Below, one piece after another: positions 17,644 to 28,257 of a DNA stretch of 64,000 nucleotides (the stretch's first letter is position 1; every line of letters starts with the position of its first letter). Made by a program: the position numbers and the translations under genes. The stretch spans positions 1 to 64,000 of IMG/VR virus record IMGVR_UViG_3300021124_000003. One strand, written 5' to 3'. Source of the DNA: a virus. Lineage: Duplodnaviria; Caudoviricetes. The notes below the pieces were generated by a model. That model saw nothing but the letters and a program-made list of their open reading frames with translations, was not told where the DNA came from and made no database searches.

Positions 17644-18546
17644 TCACAGACCCCCGGTGAACGCCGCGCTGAACTTCTTGCCCTGTCCGTCTTTGGTTCG
17701 GATGTAGATCATCACCTGGCACAGACCGTTATTCTGCGCGCCAATGACTACCTTTACAGCGCTTACTTCCGGTTCCTGCTGGATCTGAGCTTCAGCAAGA
17801 TTTGTGAGAGACACGACAACGTGGTCTTGGTTTAGCTTCTTCAAGTACGAAGAGATCCCAATGCCATAACCAGGTAAATGAGCGAATGCGTTGGGCCGCG
17901 TGATGAATCGCCTGTAGATTCGCTTCTTTAGGTCGACCTCTCCGCTATCAATCGCGTAGTCACCCGTACCGTCAATCGCGAAAGTACCCAGATACGCCGG
18001 ATCGTTAGGAACGCCAGCTTGGGCTAGCGAAGCGCCAGAATACGGGTTTGCGAAGTCCCTGCGAATAGGCCGTGGAATGGTCTGCGCTTGTGGGAGCGCC
18101 GAAGAAACACCGAAGAATGGCAGCGTTCCTACCGGGGATGCCCCCTGGGGACCGACCAGCCCGACCGTTGTCACTGTGTACTGCGCGGGCCATGCCGACA
18201 CTGCGCGATCTAGTGTGACGTCTACGATTGACCCGGCCTCTTGTGGGGAGACCCCTTCCGGGTAGGACGCCCCCGTGGGAGCTACAGGGCGGGCTAGGAC
18301 GCCGTTCTGGTCCACCGACCCAGCCACAGTGGCAAGGATGTAGTGGGACGGCTGAGCGGCGTCCCAGACGTCCCCAAGGTTGGTCAAGAAGACCGGGGAA
18401 GCAAACGTCAGCCGAAGGGTCTGCTCACCTACACAAATTGCGCTGATGAGGTTGGGAGGAACCTGCGCGGTAGACGTAGCTCCCCACGCGGCGTCACCCC
18501 ACGAGATCGCACCCCAACCGGAACTGGTATCGTACGGCTGAACCAT
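17644..18546 (-). CDS. Baseplate protein with C-terminal gpW/gp25-like domain
   Basis: KKRIYRRFITRPNAFAHLPGYGIGI...AEAQIQQEPEVSAVKV. Confidence 0.7.
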   Translation of the reverse strand: MVQPYDTSSGWGAISWGDAAWGATSTAQVPPNLISAICVGEQTLRLTFASPVFLTNLGDVWDAAQPSHYILATVAGSVDQNGVLARPVAPTGASYPEGVSPQEAGSIVDVTLDRAVSAWPAQYTVTTVGLVGPQGASPVGTLPFFGVSSALPQAQTIPRPIRRDFANPYSGASLAQAGVPNDPAYLGTFAIDGTGDYAIDSGEVDLKKRIYRRFITRPNAFAHLPGYGIGISSYLKKLNQDHVVVSLTNLAEAQIQQEPEVSAVKVVIGAQNNGLCQVMIYIRTKDGQGKKFSAAFTGGL

Positions 18547-18571
18547 GACTCCTGGGAGTCTATCACGCCGG

Positions 18572-19327
18572 CTAGTCGACCAACGTCTTAGAGCTGGTTG
18601 TGGTTGTAATCACCACAGGCGCACCAATCCCATTGAGTGCTTTAGCGATAGCGTTCAGATCCGTTACAACTGCTTCACCGTGCGGAACGGTGTGGGACGC
18701 GGACGCAGACCCACACCGAAGGTTCCCTCCAGGGACGAGCGCGATGTCTCCACCGCTTTGGGTTGTGAGCGTCAGCTTAGCGACCAGCATCGTAAGCGAT
18801 CCAACAAGCTCAACAAGCGCATCGTATTGCGACTTGAGGAACGTGTGCGCGTTGTCGTTGCACACAACACCCGCGACCGTGGTCGGTGTTTTCGCGGAGT
18901 CGTTGTTGAGCTTCCCAACGATCACGCACCCGCTTGCCTCGTCACCGAATGGAACGGCGACAAGGACCTCATCCCCCGCGTTGAACGGAACGTAGAGTGA
19001 CCCCCCACCACCTCCGAACAGGCTAGAAACACGGCATGCCACAGGCACTTGGGAAGGCCAGAGCATGACCGACACCCTTGGCGCTGACAGCAAGTCGGCT
19101 GTAGGGGATGGTGTGCCGTCAGGGCCGAATGACACACCGTTTTGCTGAACGATCGCTGGTCCACCGGCTGTTCCTGTTGGGTTGCCGTCGGGGGAGGCGG
19201 CTGGAGCTGGGAGAACCTGCCCGTATGTCAGCCATTGCCGGGTGTCTTGCCCTGCGCCAGAGAAGACCTCTCGAAGCTCGTCGAAGTCAACTGTAGCGGA
19301 TGTCTGGCGTACTCGTCTGCCCGCCAT
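18572..19327 (-). CDS. Baseplate spike (gpV/gp45-like)
   Basis: OB-fold-like LYVPFNAGDEVLVAVPFGD and C-terminal His-containing tip; start placed at ATG 19327. Confidence 0.75.
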   Translation of the reverse strand: MAGRRVRQTSATVDFDELREVFSGAGQDTRQWLTYGQVLPAPAASPDGNPTGTAGGPAIVQQNGVSFGPDGTPSPTADLLSAPRVSVMLWPSQVPVACRVSSLFGGGGGSLYVPFNAGDEVLVAVPFGDEASGCVIVGKLNNDSAKTPTTVAGVVCNDNAHTFLKSQYDALVELVGSLTMLVAKLTLTTQSGGDIALVPGGNLRCGSASASHTVPHGEAVVTDLNAIAKALNGIGAPVVITTTTSSKTLVD

Positions 19328-19329
19328 GA

Positions 19330-21279
19330 CTAGACGACCCCCGACGGGACTTTCGATGCAACCGAGGCAGCGAGCATCACCGTAACCATGTTGATGCCAA
19401 TGACAGTGATCTCGAATCCCTCCGGTCCATACCCGAGTTTTACTCCATGCACGCGAAAAGGCGTCACAAAGCACGCCTCGGTGCTTGGAACCTTCATCGA
19501 CGCGATGTACGCCTCGCCGAAGTTGTTCCCCCTATTTGACGGGGTGTTCCATACAGGCGCGGCGTTCCCGTCCGGGCGCTCGAACGCCCTGTTGTCAAAG
19601 ATCCTGCGCTGGATCTTCTGAAATTCGGAATTGTTGTTGGACTCAGAATACTGGTAGTTTTGCTCATCCGGGGTGGAGTAGATGATGAAGTCGAAGCAGT
19701 CCCCAGGGAAGAGGTCGAGAAGATCAGGATCATCGTTGGGGTCATCGGCGCCATAGCTCGCGAGATCCTTTGTCTTGATCTCAATCGAGTATTCTTTGCG
19801 GCCCATGTGCTGGTATTCAGCCGTCGCGATGTCATTCGCAAGCTTCTGACCAGCAACGCCTGTCAAACCAGAAACAAGCTTGTTGATGACACGAACGTTC
19901 TTCTGCCCGTCACCGGATTCACCATCGCCCGCAAGCGTGTCAACGTTCAGGGGCGACCACGGACCTGCGATCGGATTTCCCTTGGCGTCTTTGTTGGTTG
20001 TGGGAAAGTACGAGACAATGGCTTTGCCGTTAGCGGCGTCCCAGCACTGAACCTTGACGGTCGTTGGTTTCTTTCGGTCAAAGTTCCTAGCCATGTGAAC
20101 GGACTCAACGTTGCGTCCCCACACCATTAGCCGGTACGGTTCGTTGTAGTCCTTAAGAAGCGCCCGATTGTGGAATGACGTGCGGGCAGCAGCAACTGTC
20201 GGAGAGATCCCGGCGACATCGGACATCGGAAGATTGGACGAGTAAAACGTTTGCGGCTTGCACAGTCTAAGCGTAAGCCCGTCACCACCCGTGAAGTGCA
20301 GCATGTAGCCGCAAATCTGGGTCATGGCGTTCAAGTAATCCCAGATTTTCATCGTGTGCTTATGGTGGGACGCGCCGGATGACTTCTTTGTTGTACTGGG
20401 AGCTTGGAGTGGTTTGCCATCCAACCCGATGTAGTTCTGCTGGAGAAGACCCTCGGACAGCTTTGGAGGGGTTACATCCAAATTCAGATCACCGCTCTCG
20501 TCGCCGTAGTCGAAAAACACAGTGATACCAGCCATTGCCGGGAAGTTTGACAAGTAGACCGCTATGGCCTCGTCCAGCCTTCGGGAGATGTCCAAGCACA
20601 TCCCCGGGGGATGCTCCTGATCGAGCAAAAGCTGGGAGATATCCCTAGCCTCGATCGAAACAGTGGCGACATCACCGGACCATTCTGCGGTCCACTTGTC
20701 GATGAAGCCGCTAAACCGGAGGCAGAGATCCTCCCTACTCTCTAGCTCCCCCGTGTCAAGATTCTCGTCGTAAGCTGTTCCACCCACAGGTAGTAGGTGT
20801 GCTCGATCTCCGTTGGATATCGCAGTGGAAAAGTCATCCGCTCTCACGGTGCCCATGTAGACCTTGACGCCGCAGGATCGAACCATCCTGGGGTCAATTG
20901 GCATGTCCTCCCACTTGAAGGCAGCCGACATCTTAGCGGCCTGGACACCTTGCCGATCAACGGACACCGACTCAACATCCTCGATGCGGAATACCCAGGT
21001 CTCCGGTGCAGTTAGTACAGACTTGGACGTGGCACCGGAGACAACCCTAACCCCGGCAGGAACCGCTGTAGGGTACTGTAGGGTGTACCCTCCTGTTTTC
21101 GTGACATAGACCGCTAAAGGCTGCGGGCTGAACATCGTTTTGTTCGCGTTGAACGGAAGAACAACGCCTGTCGGCGGGAAGTATTCCGTAGCAACGTCGT
21201 ACCGCTCCAACGACACAAACAGATCGATCACTACCGCAGGGTAGTAGCTAGGTGCGGAGTTCGTCTGGATGTCAGCCAT
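19330..21279 (-). CDS. Baseplate hub (gpD/gp44-like)
   Basis: Position between tube initiator and spike; RFSGFIDKW...IEARDISQLLLD pattern. Confidence 0.65.
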   Translation of the reverse strand: MADIQTNSAPSYYPAVVIDLFVSLERYDVATEYFPPTGVVLPFNANKTMFSPQPLAVYVTKTGGYTLQYPTAVPAGVRVVSGATSKSVLTAPETWVFRIEDVESVSVDRQGVQAAKMSAAFKWEDMPIDPRMVRSCGVKVYMGTVRADDFSTAISNGDRAHLLPVGGTAYDENLDTGELESREDLCLRFSGFIDKWTAEWSGDVATVSIEARDISQLLLDQEHPPGMCLDISRRLDEAIAVYLSNFPAMAGITVFFDYGDESGDLNLDVTPPKLSEGLLQQNYIGLDGKPLQAPSTTKKSSGASHHKHTMKIWDYLNAMTQICGYMLHFTGGDGLTLRLCKPQTFYSSNLPMSDVAGISPTVAAARTSFHNRALLKDYNEPYRLMVWGRNVESVHMARNFDRKKPTTVKVQCWDAANGKAIVSYFPTTNKDAKGNPIAGPWSPLNVDTLAGDGESGDGQKNVRVINKLVSGLTGVAGQKLANDIATAEYQHMGRKEYSIEIKTKDLASYGADDPNDDPDLLDLFPGDCFDFIIYSTPDEQNYQYSESNNNSEFQKIQRRIFDNRAFERPDGNAAPVWNTPSNRGNNFGEAYIASMKVPSTEACFVTPFRVHGVKLGYGPEGFEITVIGINMVTVMLAASVASKVPSGVV

Positions 21280-21282
21280 GGC

Positions 21283-22665
21283 TCACAGCGGGGGGTTTGG
21301 GATAAAGAGCTGCGTACCAGGCGCGAACGCCGTAATCGTCCACGGCAAGTCGTTGAACTTGAGGATCGCAAGAGCATTGTCCGCTGTATTGTAGAACTTC
21401 ATGCTCACACGGTACGGGGTATCCCCGGACACGGTAATGTACGTCGCTAGGATCTTGCTCGGAAGGACAGACCCAGCCGAATTGGTTGGTGTGCTGAACT
21501 GCTGCCCAGCTAACCGGCCATTTATGACGTTTTGAGCTGTATTTGCCGCTTGTGCGATTGGGTCCACAGCGCCTTGTATGGTAGCTCCTGCCTTAGCGAT
21601 CGCAGCCACCTGGGAACTGACGGAGTTAAACGCGCGCGGAACCTGCCCAAACTGGTCCAGAAACCCGGTGCATGTGGACACCATCGTTACCATGGCGTTC
21701 ACGAGCCCACCAGCGACTACCGCGGGAGCTGTGGCCACTGTGGATGCTACGTTGCCTAGCTGAGTGATCGTGGAGGATAGGCTGTTGATACTCTGGGTAA
21801 CCTGCTGCATGATCGCGGCAGGCGTCTTCGCTAAGTTCAGCAAATTCGCTAGACTCAACCCGCTGACGTTCGTGCCAATCGACGTTGAATTACCAACGCC
21901 GTTGATTACGGCCGTGATCGCAGCAGAAACACTCGCAGTCGCAGCCTTAACAGACGTGGCCCCTGTGGGCTGAAATGGTGGAAGTCCAACACCCCGGCTG
22001 ATCCAGTCGAACGTAATGTCCCACTTGATATCGTGGATACGTTCGTAGTGCCACGCCCACGCTGACGCACGACCTCGCCGAACGATCTTCCGCTGCTGTG
22101 TGGTGGTGATCTGGGACAGAAGCCCGAATGGAGACTGGATGCCGAAAACAGGGATCTCGTACAGAGGGGCACTGGATGAACCAGTTGTTACGATCGTGCT
22201 AATCCACGACACATCCAAGAGGGTGCCACCTCGAAAGAGCTGCTCCATGTAATCGCGGAGAGCGTCCGGGTCGACAACAAGCTCAACTGCCCCGGGGGTG
22301 AAGTTAGCAACGTAAGCGGCACGAGCGCCGGGACCACCGTATGCCTGGCTACCCAGCATTGTGCGGTGCCACTCACCGGACCACTTAGACGGCATCTCCT
22401 GCGGTCCCATGACCTGTTGGGATCCCTGCGGGTTTCCCTGGTACCACGTTGTCTTGAGCTGGAACTTGCCTTCCCAAGAGGCGCCCATGTGGGGAAGACT
22501 TGGCCCGGACAGGACGATGTATCGGCTGGAGGCAAGATTTGAGATGCTCCCGACCTTGGACGCTGGGGTAACCTCTGCGATCAAAATGACAGAGGAGTAC
22601 GGCGACTGCTTCCTTGCGGAAGCAGATCCGAGGCCGCCTAGCGATGCAGGTACAGATGGAAGCAA
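21283..22665 (-). CDS. Tail tube initiator-like protein with C-terminal LysM-like domain
   Basis: C-terminus YITVSGDTPYRVSMKFY...PGTQLFIP; lies after the tape measure gene. Confidence 0.65.
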   Translation of the reverse strand: MLPSVPASLGGLGSASARKQSPYSSVILIAEVTPASKVGSISNLASSRYIVLSGPSLPHMGASWEGKFQLKTTWYQGNPQGSQQVMGPQEMPSKWSGEWHRTMLGSQAYGGPGARAAYVANFTPGAVELVVDPDALRDYMEQLFRGGTLLDVSWISTIVTTGSSSAPLYEIPVFGIQSPFGLLSQITTTQQRKIVRRGRASAWAWHYERIHDIKWDITFDWISRGVGLPPFQPTGATSVKAATASVSAAITAVINGVGNSTSIGTNVSGLSLANLLNLAKTPAAIMQQVTQSINSLSSTITQLGNVASTVATAPAVVAGGLVNAMVTMVSTCTGFLDQFGQVPRAFNSVSSQVAAIAKAGATIQGAVDPIAQAANTAQNVINGRLAGQQFSTPTNSAGSVLPSKILATYITVSGDTPYRVSMKFYNTADNALAILKFNDLPWTITAFAPGTQLFIPNPPL

Positions 22666-22690
22666 GCGATCTAACCCTCACGGGTACGTG

Positions 22691-22960
22691 TTAGGACGAC
22701 GAGCTAGACCCGCCGCTAGCCGATCCACTACTGGACGAGCTACGATTCTTGGCCCACGCAAGCAAGGGCGTGAACTTGCCCTTCTTCGCAGGCTTCCCCT
22801 TGTCGTTCTGCGAGGCACTGGCGCTCCCCGAGCCGCTATCGGTACCAGGGGATGCGGCAGGACCGCCAGGAGAGGCCGGTGAGGCGCTGCTAGGGCTGCT
22901 GGACGATGCGCCGAACGACGGCTTCTTGCCCTTGCTGGGCTTCTTCTGGGGGAATGCCAT
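22691..22960 (-). CDS. Small Ser/Gly/Lys low-complexity protein containing LLAWAKNRS
   Basis: GGAG ribosome-binding site; fills the gap between tape measure and initiator genes. Confidence 0.6.
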   Translation of the reverse strand: MAFPQKKPSKGKKPSFGASSSSPSSASPASPGGPAASPGTDSGSGSASASQNDKGKPAKKGKFTPLLAWAKNRSSSSSGSASGGSSSSS

Positions 22961-23018
22961 GGAAATCTCCTAGTGATGCAGAGTAGCATAGCCCGGTTGA
23001 CGGGCAGATACAGCAGGG

Positions 23019-24857
23019 CTATCTGGGGGCACCAAGCGCTTGACCCACAGAGTTCTTCATCACGATCGCGATATTGTCGGGATCCTGGTCACGAAAGTCC
23101 TGATGAACAACCATGTTGCCTGTCCAGGTCATGTTAAACTTGCTTTCTTTCGCGGCCGTTTTGACCTGCTCAAAAGCTTTACTGATTGCCATCTGGAAGC
23201 CCTCCTGCTCTCCAGGAAACCTAGCGAACATGGCAGGATCTAGCTTAGACATATCCATAGTTCGGAATGTTTGAGCAAATGCCGTAAGCATCTCCTGGTT
23301 GCTGCCCGCTGCCGCAATCTGGTTTTTTAGGTCGTACACGTCATTGGCATCAAGCTCTTGGCTGAACTTCTTACGGTATTCCTCGATCCTAGCAGCACTA
23401 GCTCTAGATGCTTCGTCCTCTGGCTTATCCGACCTTTTTCTAGCGTTAAAGAGTTCTTCAGCAGATTTGGCCATCTCTTCAATGCTCTCAGCGGCGTCAA
23501 ACATCTCCTGCGCGGTGCGGAGCTGCTGTCCCACAGCGTCTTTGTAGTTCTGGTTGGCCTCGTCCCATGCCTTGATGTTGCCTTCAACGCGAGCGTGTTC
23601 CATCTCAGACTGCGCTAGATCAGCGCGTGATTTTGCGTATGGGAGCCCACCCATCGCGTCTACACCAAGGTTTTCTAGGTGCTTCTTCACATCGGACGCA
23701 AAGAACCCGGCTGCCTCTTGAAAGTCGGACGCAAGCTTGTCAGTGAAGTTGTCGGGGATAGCTGCCGAAGTACCGGGGGCAGGGGATCCCATAGTCCACT
23801 TGCGGAGTTCTTCTGGACCGTTCTTTACCGCGAAAGAAAAACCATCGGTCGCCTTCTGGATGATATCAGCGATACGTCTGGCAGAAGCCTCGATCTGGTC
23901 CCAGTGTGCGACGATATAGTCGGTGACATTCATAAAGATCCTAGCCACGTAGTCCGCAGCCCGACGGGCTGCTTCGTAAATGACATACTGATCTTCTATG
24001 AACTTGTCCCGAATCTGGGTTAGACCTGGGATCAGCCCATCTAAGAGCGTTTTGCCTGCTTCGAGGAAAACTTGATTAGCGATCGTGCTAAAGCTGGTCG
24101 TAAGCATTGAGAAAGTAGGCTTCATATCGAGCCCTGCTTTCATGCGATCGTAGTATTTTTCGACAGCGGCAGTAGCGATCTTAACACGAGTTTCCTCGGT
24201 CATATTCGGCATCTTCCGCATGTACATGTTGATCTCTCTGATCTGGCCAGCGAGATCCTTAGCTTTTGTTACGATCAACCCAGACTTAGCTAAGATGGGG
24301 CCTAGCTCGTCTCTACGGCCTAGCTGACCAAACTCCGCAAATCTAGCGATACTCTCTGCCAGCCGAATCCCCCCACCAGGGGCACCACGACCGACAAGTT
24401 GCAGCTTTTCCGATAATGCGGCCAACTTATCAGCAGGGACAGACGTGCGCGCTAGTGACTCTGCGATTGATTCAAACTTGTCCGCGCTGAAACCTGTTCG
24501 GATTGCAACTTGCTTGAAATGCTCGTGCAGTTCTGACGCAGTGTCGCGCATTTGCTGCATGCTACGATTCTGCCTGTCGTACAGAGACAGTACAGATTCT
24601 AGGTGTAGAACCTGCATGGCCTCCGCGTCGGCCATAGCAACAGCTTTAACGAGTGTATTATCGACAGCGATGTACACACCCTCTGCGGCATTCTTGGCTA
24701 AGTAGAAGCTTGCAGCGATGTCTTTTACAGACGTGTTCGCTTTAGATGCCGAACCGCTTATCTTGTCGAAGCTTTTGCTAATCGCGTCAGCAAGAGCTTT
24801 GGTAGTATCAGCTCCACTGAGAACAAGCTTTACGACTACTTCAGCCTCATCGGCCAT
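23019..24857 (-). CDS. Tape measure protein (short, ~612 aa)
   Basis: Helical Ala/Lys/Glu-rich sequence in the tail module. Start placed at ATG 24857 (TAG-CC-ATG junction as at 16365). Confidence 0.7.
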   Translation of the reverse strand: MADEAEVVVKLVLSGADTTKALADAISKSFDKISGSASKANTSVKDIAASFYLAKNAAEGVYIAVDNTLVKAVAMADAEAMQVLHLESVLSLYDRQNRSMQQMRDTASELHEHFKQVAIRTGFSADKFESIAESLARTSVPADKLAALSEKLQLVGRGAPGGGIRLAESIARFAEFGQLGRRDELGPILAKSGLIVTKAKDLAGQIREINMYMRKMPNMTEETRVKIATAAVEKYYDRMKAGLDMKPTFSMLTTSFSTIANQVFLEAGKTLLDGLIPGLTQIRDKFIEDQYVIYEAARRAADYVARIFMNVTDYIVAHWDQIEASARRIADIIQKATDGFSFAVKNGPEELRKWTMGSPAPGTSAAIPDNFTDKLASDFQEAAGFFASDVKKHLENLGVDAMGGLPYAKSRADLAQSEMEHARVEGNIKAWDEANQNYKDAVGQQLRTAQEMFDAAESIEEMAKSAEELFNARKRSDKPEDEASRASAARIEEYRKKFSQELDANDVYDLKNQIAAAGSNQEMLTAFAQTFRTMDMSKLDPAMFARFPGEQEGFQMAISKAFEQVKTAAKESKFNMTWTGNMVVHQDFRDQDPDNIAIVMKNSVGQALGAPR

Positions 24858-24859
24858 GG

Positions 24860-26725
24860 CTACACCGTCCAACCTAGGATCGCGATGTAATTAGCTTGCG
24901 ACCCGGGTCCAGCTCCCGAGAAGAGGTTTGTTTGCAGGCCGCCGTACCCACCTGGGAGGGGATACGGTGCTGTGGCCGTTAAAATCACCTTGATCAGCGT
25001 TGGTAGCCTGGTCGTTCCAACAGGGAAGGACCCATTTACGAGTGGAACATCGATCTCGTACACAAACGGAAGAACCGCGAGATTCACCTGCGTTGTGATG
25101 CTCTTACCAGGTTCAAGCACGAATCGTGCAACGCTGTAGTCCGCGGGGGAAGGTGTGGACGTGTGCGCTCCTGCGTACAGCATCGCAGACATGCTCGTAA
25201 ATGTCTCAGCAACAGGAACCTCGATCGAGAAGTTCACACGGAGCTTCACCGTCTTGGCTTGGATCGGGACCGTCACACCCGGAACGATGTACGACTCGTA
25301 AATGAGCGTCGAGGCAGTAACACCCTGCGCTACGTTCAGAAACGTGAGCGGAACAGCGATCGTTGTCGGTGGTGAGTTGGCCCCGTTGGGAAGGAACACA
25401 CCCTCAACGTTCTGATCGTCCGTAAGAAACGTAGCTCGGTCTTCCGCGACGAGCGCGAACGCAGTTGTAGCCGTGTTGTACTCAAACGATCCAAAACACA
25501 CCGCGTCGTGTGTCGCTGGGCTACACAACCACGCAGGCAAGCTGAGTGGGTTCGCTTGTGTGACACCACCAAGGCCAAGCCCAAGGTTTCCGGCTACACC
25601 GCGGATGTCAGGCACGACCGGGGAAGAGACTGGAAGGCCGCGAGGGCTGCGCGGAAGACGTGGAACACCTAAAGCATTCGCGTCTGTCTGGTTCATGTAC
25701 CGGGAAAAACGCGGAAGACCTAGCGGAAAGACGTAGTAGAGATACCCAAGAGAGCTGGGCGTGCCGGCAGACTGATCCCTGTTATTGAGCGCGAACGGCT
25801 GGAATGGGGTGGGCGACCCAGTGATAAGTTCACGAGTCCCAACCACAGGCGATCCCTGGGTAAGCCACCCACCTACACGTCGACCACGGAACAATCTTGC
25901 CGCAGTGCCAACGATCGAATTACCACCAGAAACAGAGAACTGGTTCTCCCCGATGACGGTTGGGTACTGGTTGCTGATGCCAGACAGCGAGTTATCCCGA
26001 TCCGAGATGAGCGGACGAACGTCGTAGAACGTCATCTGGTCAGTCACGAGAGATCCACCAGCTAGCGCGAATGTTCCAGGCGCGTAGATCAACGCGAGAG
26101 GGAGCGCTCCCTGGGCAAGTGTTGGGAAAGCGTTCGTGAACACGCGGATCTGGTACGTGCATAGATACGCCTGAACCTTGGTAACAGGCGTCGGAGTAAA
26201 CTGACCAGTGAGATCATTGAAGATGTCACTGACCCGCGTCTCTACCGCAGCGTTGAGTGCTGGGATCGCCTCAACGATGTACCAAGCATCTGTGTTGGCG
26301 AGATTCTGTGGCACGAGTAGCTGTCCAGCGAGCGGCTGACCAGGATCGACAACGAGCTTAGTAGCCGAGGCATCGGGGTCTCCGTCGGGGACGACCGCAG
26401 TCATGACCCCCGGGTCAACCGTCATCGTCAGTGTACTGGGGACAGGCCGCACGAGGAAGCCCTCAAAGATGTCGGCCGTGAGCGGTGTGCTTGTCGTTGT
26501 GGGGTCTGCTACGGCCGCGCCAGAGCCGGCGTCAGCGTCATCGAGGACGAAGCCGGAGGCAGGGCTGTAAGACGCCGCAGCGAGCCCCTGAGTGCTCCTA
26601 TGCCCTACCAAGAGCTTGAGTAGTGCGGACAGGTCACCACCAGCAAGCCGCTGAAGCCTGTTCAGATCCGAGCTAAGCGCACGCTCAAGTGTGTTGAACT
26701 GTAGGTTTCTTCCGCCTGTGGGCAT
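24860..26725 (-). CDS. Virion structural protein, paralog of 12361-14157
   Basis: Shared blocks, e.g. PDGDPDAS, MTFYDVRPLI(A/S)DR, GLPR(W/F)SRYMN, PRLPRSP(C/R)GL. Confidence 0.7.
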   Translation of the reverse strand: MPTGGRNLQFNTLERALSSDLNRLQRLAGGDLSALLKLLVGHRSTQGLAAASYSPASGFVLDDADAGSGAAVADPTTTSTPLTADIFEGFLVRPVPSTLTMTVDPGVMTAVVPDGDPDASATKLVVDPGQPLAGQLLVPQNLANTDAWYIVEAIPALNAAVETRVSDIFNDLTGQFTPTPVTKVQAYLCTYQIRVFTNAFPTLAQGALPLALIYAPGTFALAGGSLVTDQMTFYDVRPLISDRDNSLSGISNQYPTVIGENQFSVSGGNSIVGTAARLFRGRRVGGWLTQGSPVVGTRELITGSPTPFQPFALNNRDQSAGTPSSLGYLYYVFPLGLPRFSRYMNQTDANALGVPRLPRSPRGLPVSSPVVPDIRGVAGNLGLGLGGVTQANPLSLPAWLCSPATHDAVCFGSFEYNTATTAFALVAEDRATFLTDDQNVEGVFLPNGANSPPTTIAVPLTFLNVAQGVTASTLIYESYIVPGVTVPIQAKTVKLRVNFSIEVPVAETFTSMSAMLYAGAHTSTPSPADYSVARFVLEPGKSITTQVNLAVLPFVYEIDVPLVNGSFPVGTTRLPTLIKVILTATAPYPLPGGYGGLQTNLFSGAGPGSQANYIAILGWTV

Positions 26726-26736
26726 GGGTTAGATCC

Positions 26737-27939
26737 TCACACGTACTTGTAGACTTGGAACACGACGTCAGCGTTTACAGGGGCAGGAGCGGACCAAGTT
26801 CCTGACGCTGACAGCTCCCAAGTACACAGGTAGAAATCATTTGTGTACTGCGCCGCGCAGATCGCGAAACCTACATTACCTCCGGTGAAGTTCCCTTGCG
26901 CATCACCTGCTTGAATGTGTGGTAGCACTGAGTACGTGGTGTCTGGCGCGGGGGTTGTGAACGTGATCAAAAGAGACCCGGTTGAACCTGACGTTACCGA
27001 CGCAACATTGATCCCATTCACCAGCGCGGGAGCGTACACACCCTCTGTGTGCGGGACGAGCTGCCAGTGGATCCGCCCCGCTGCGAATAGGTACGTTGTC
27101 CCAGCAGGACCAGGAGGTCCGGCACTTAGCGGTGAGTTCCAGCTTCCATTGAAGTAAACGTAGGTTCCTGTGTGCGCGGATGGGGTTGGAACTGTGATCC
27201 CGACCAACCTGGAGTTGGACCCGGGCGTAGCGCTGAGCACACCCGCGTTCGACACATAAACTGCGGTATTATCTGCGATAGTACCCGGTATGTTGACAAC
27301 ACCCTGCCTGCGCACAACGATCGGGTCCCCGATCGCAGGAGACAGTGACCCATTAACCCCCGCCAGCACGATGTGCATGTCTAATGACATCGCAAATGCG
27401 CTTGTAGCAAGCGCAGGAACAAAGCTTGGTAACCACTCTTGTCCCGGCAATCCGAGCTTAATCGGTGACTCTGTAGAGATGTAAACAACCGAGCCAGGCA
27501 CGAGCCCACTAGATCCAGCAACCCCAACGTATACGCCGGTATCAGCCAAGAGATTGTCCAGGCGTTGGAGAAGATGCTCCGTGTCGGTCTGCCATCCGCG
27601 GACAGGATCGAATTGAAGCGTCTCACCGAACGCAGCAATCCGCTCGTAGCTCTTGACCTGTTTAACAGCCACAGCCGCGGTCGCAACCGTCTGCGTAGGC
27701 TGCCCAGCGTTCGTAACGAGGAGAACGAGGTACGTTCCCTCCTTACGCGCTGTGAACGTTGGGTTCTGGATCGTATCGTTTGACAGGTTGTCTACAACGT
27801 TGGCGACGTTGAAGACATTGGGCTGATCGATAAACGACCAGGTATAAGGTCCGGCAGCAGTGGTGCTGAGCTGGACCAAAGACCCGATCGTTACCGTTTG
27901 CGGCCCTGGGCTGCTGTTGATGAGGATAGACGTGCTCAT
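26737..27939 (-). CDS. Structural protein with N-terminal Ig/PKD-like domain
   Basis: YTWSFIDQP...PTFTARKEGTYLVLLV; beta-rich C-terminus. Confidence 0.6.
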   Translation of the reverse strand: MSTSILINSSPGPQTVTIGSLVQLSTTAAGPYTWSFIDQPNVFNVANVVDNLSNDTIQNPTFTARKEGTYLVLLVTNAGQPTQTVATAAVAVKQVKSYERIAAFGETLQFDPVRGWQTDTEHLLQRLDNLLADTGVYVGVAGSSGLVPGSVVYISTESPIKLGLPGQEWLPSFVPALATSAFAMSLDMHIVLAGVNGSLSPAIGDPIVVRRQGVVNIPGTIADNTAVYVSNAGVLSATPGSNSRLVGITVPTPSAHTGTYVYFNGSWNSPLSAGPPGPAGTTYLFAAGRIHWQLVPHTEGVYAPALVNGINVASVTSGSTGSLLITFTTPAPDTTYSVLPHIQAGDAQGNFTGGNVGFAICAAQYTNDFYLCTWELSASGTWSAPAPVNADVVFQVYKYV

Positions 27940-27945
27940 GTAGAA

Positions 27946-28257
27946 CTACCGATCCTCGCTGCCAGCCTTGCCTTGCTCGGCGTTGAGCAGTTCCATGAGG
28001 GAGTTAAAGTGGTCGCGAATCTCCAGCACGGACACATCCTCCCACTGTAGCAGCGATTGCCTGCCGTACCGGGCCAGTGCCATCTTCTGTCGCTGCCGAT
28101 GCTTCAGTAGAAGCCCTGGCTCGATATTAACGAAGTGTCTCCAAGCCCCCTCTAACCCAGAGGCGAATGGGAAGGACAATGTATCAAGCAGTTGCTCTGC
28201 TTCGAGGGTTAGGAGATCACCTCGGCTGTTGTGACAGCAATACAATTCTCGAAAAAA
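27946..28257 (-). CDS. Tail assembly chaperone frameshift extension (gpGT-like)
   Basis: The -1 frame opens across the slippery site and reads FFRELYCCHNSRGDLL...EDR. Confidence 0.7.
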   Translation of the reverse strand, partial: FFRELYCCHNSRGDLLTLEAEQLLDTLSFPFASGLEGAWRHFVNIEPGLLLKHRQRQKMALARYGRQSLLQWEDVSVLEIRDHFNSLMELLNAEQGKAGSEDR

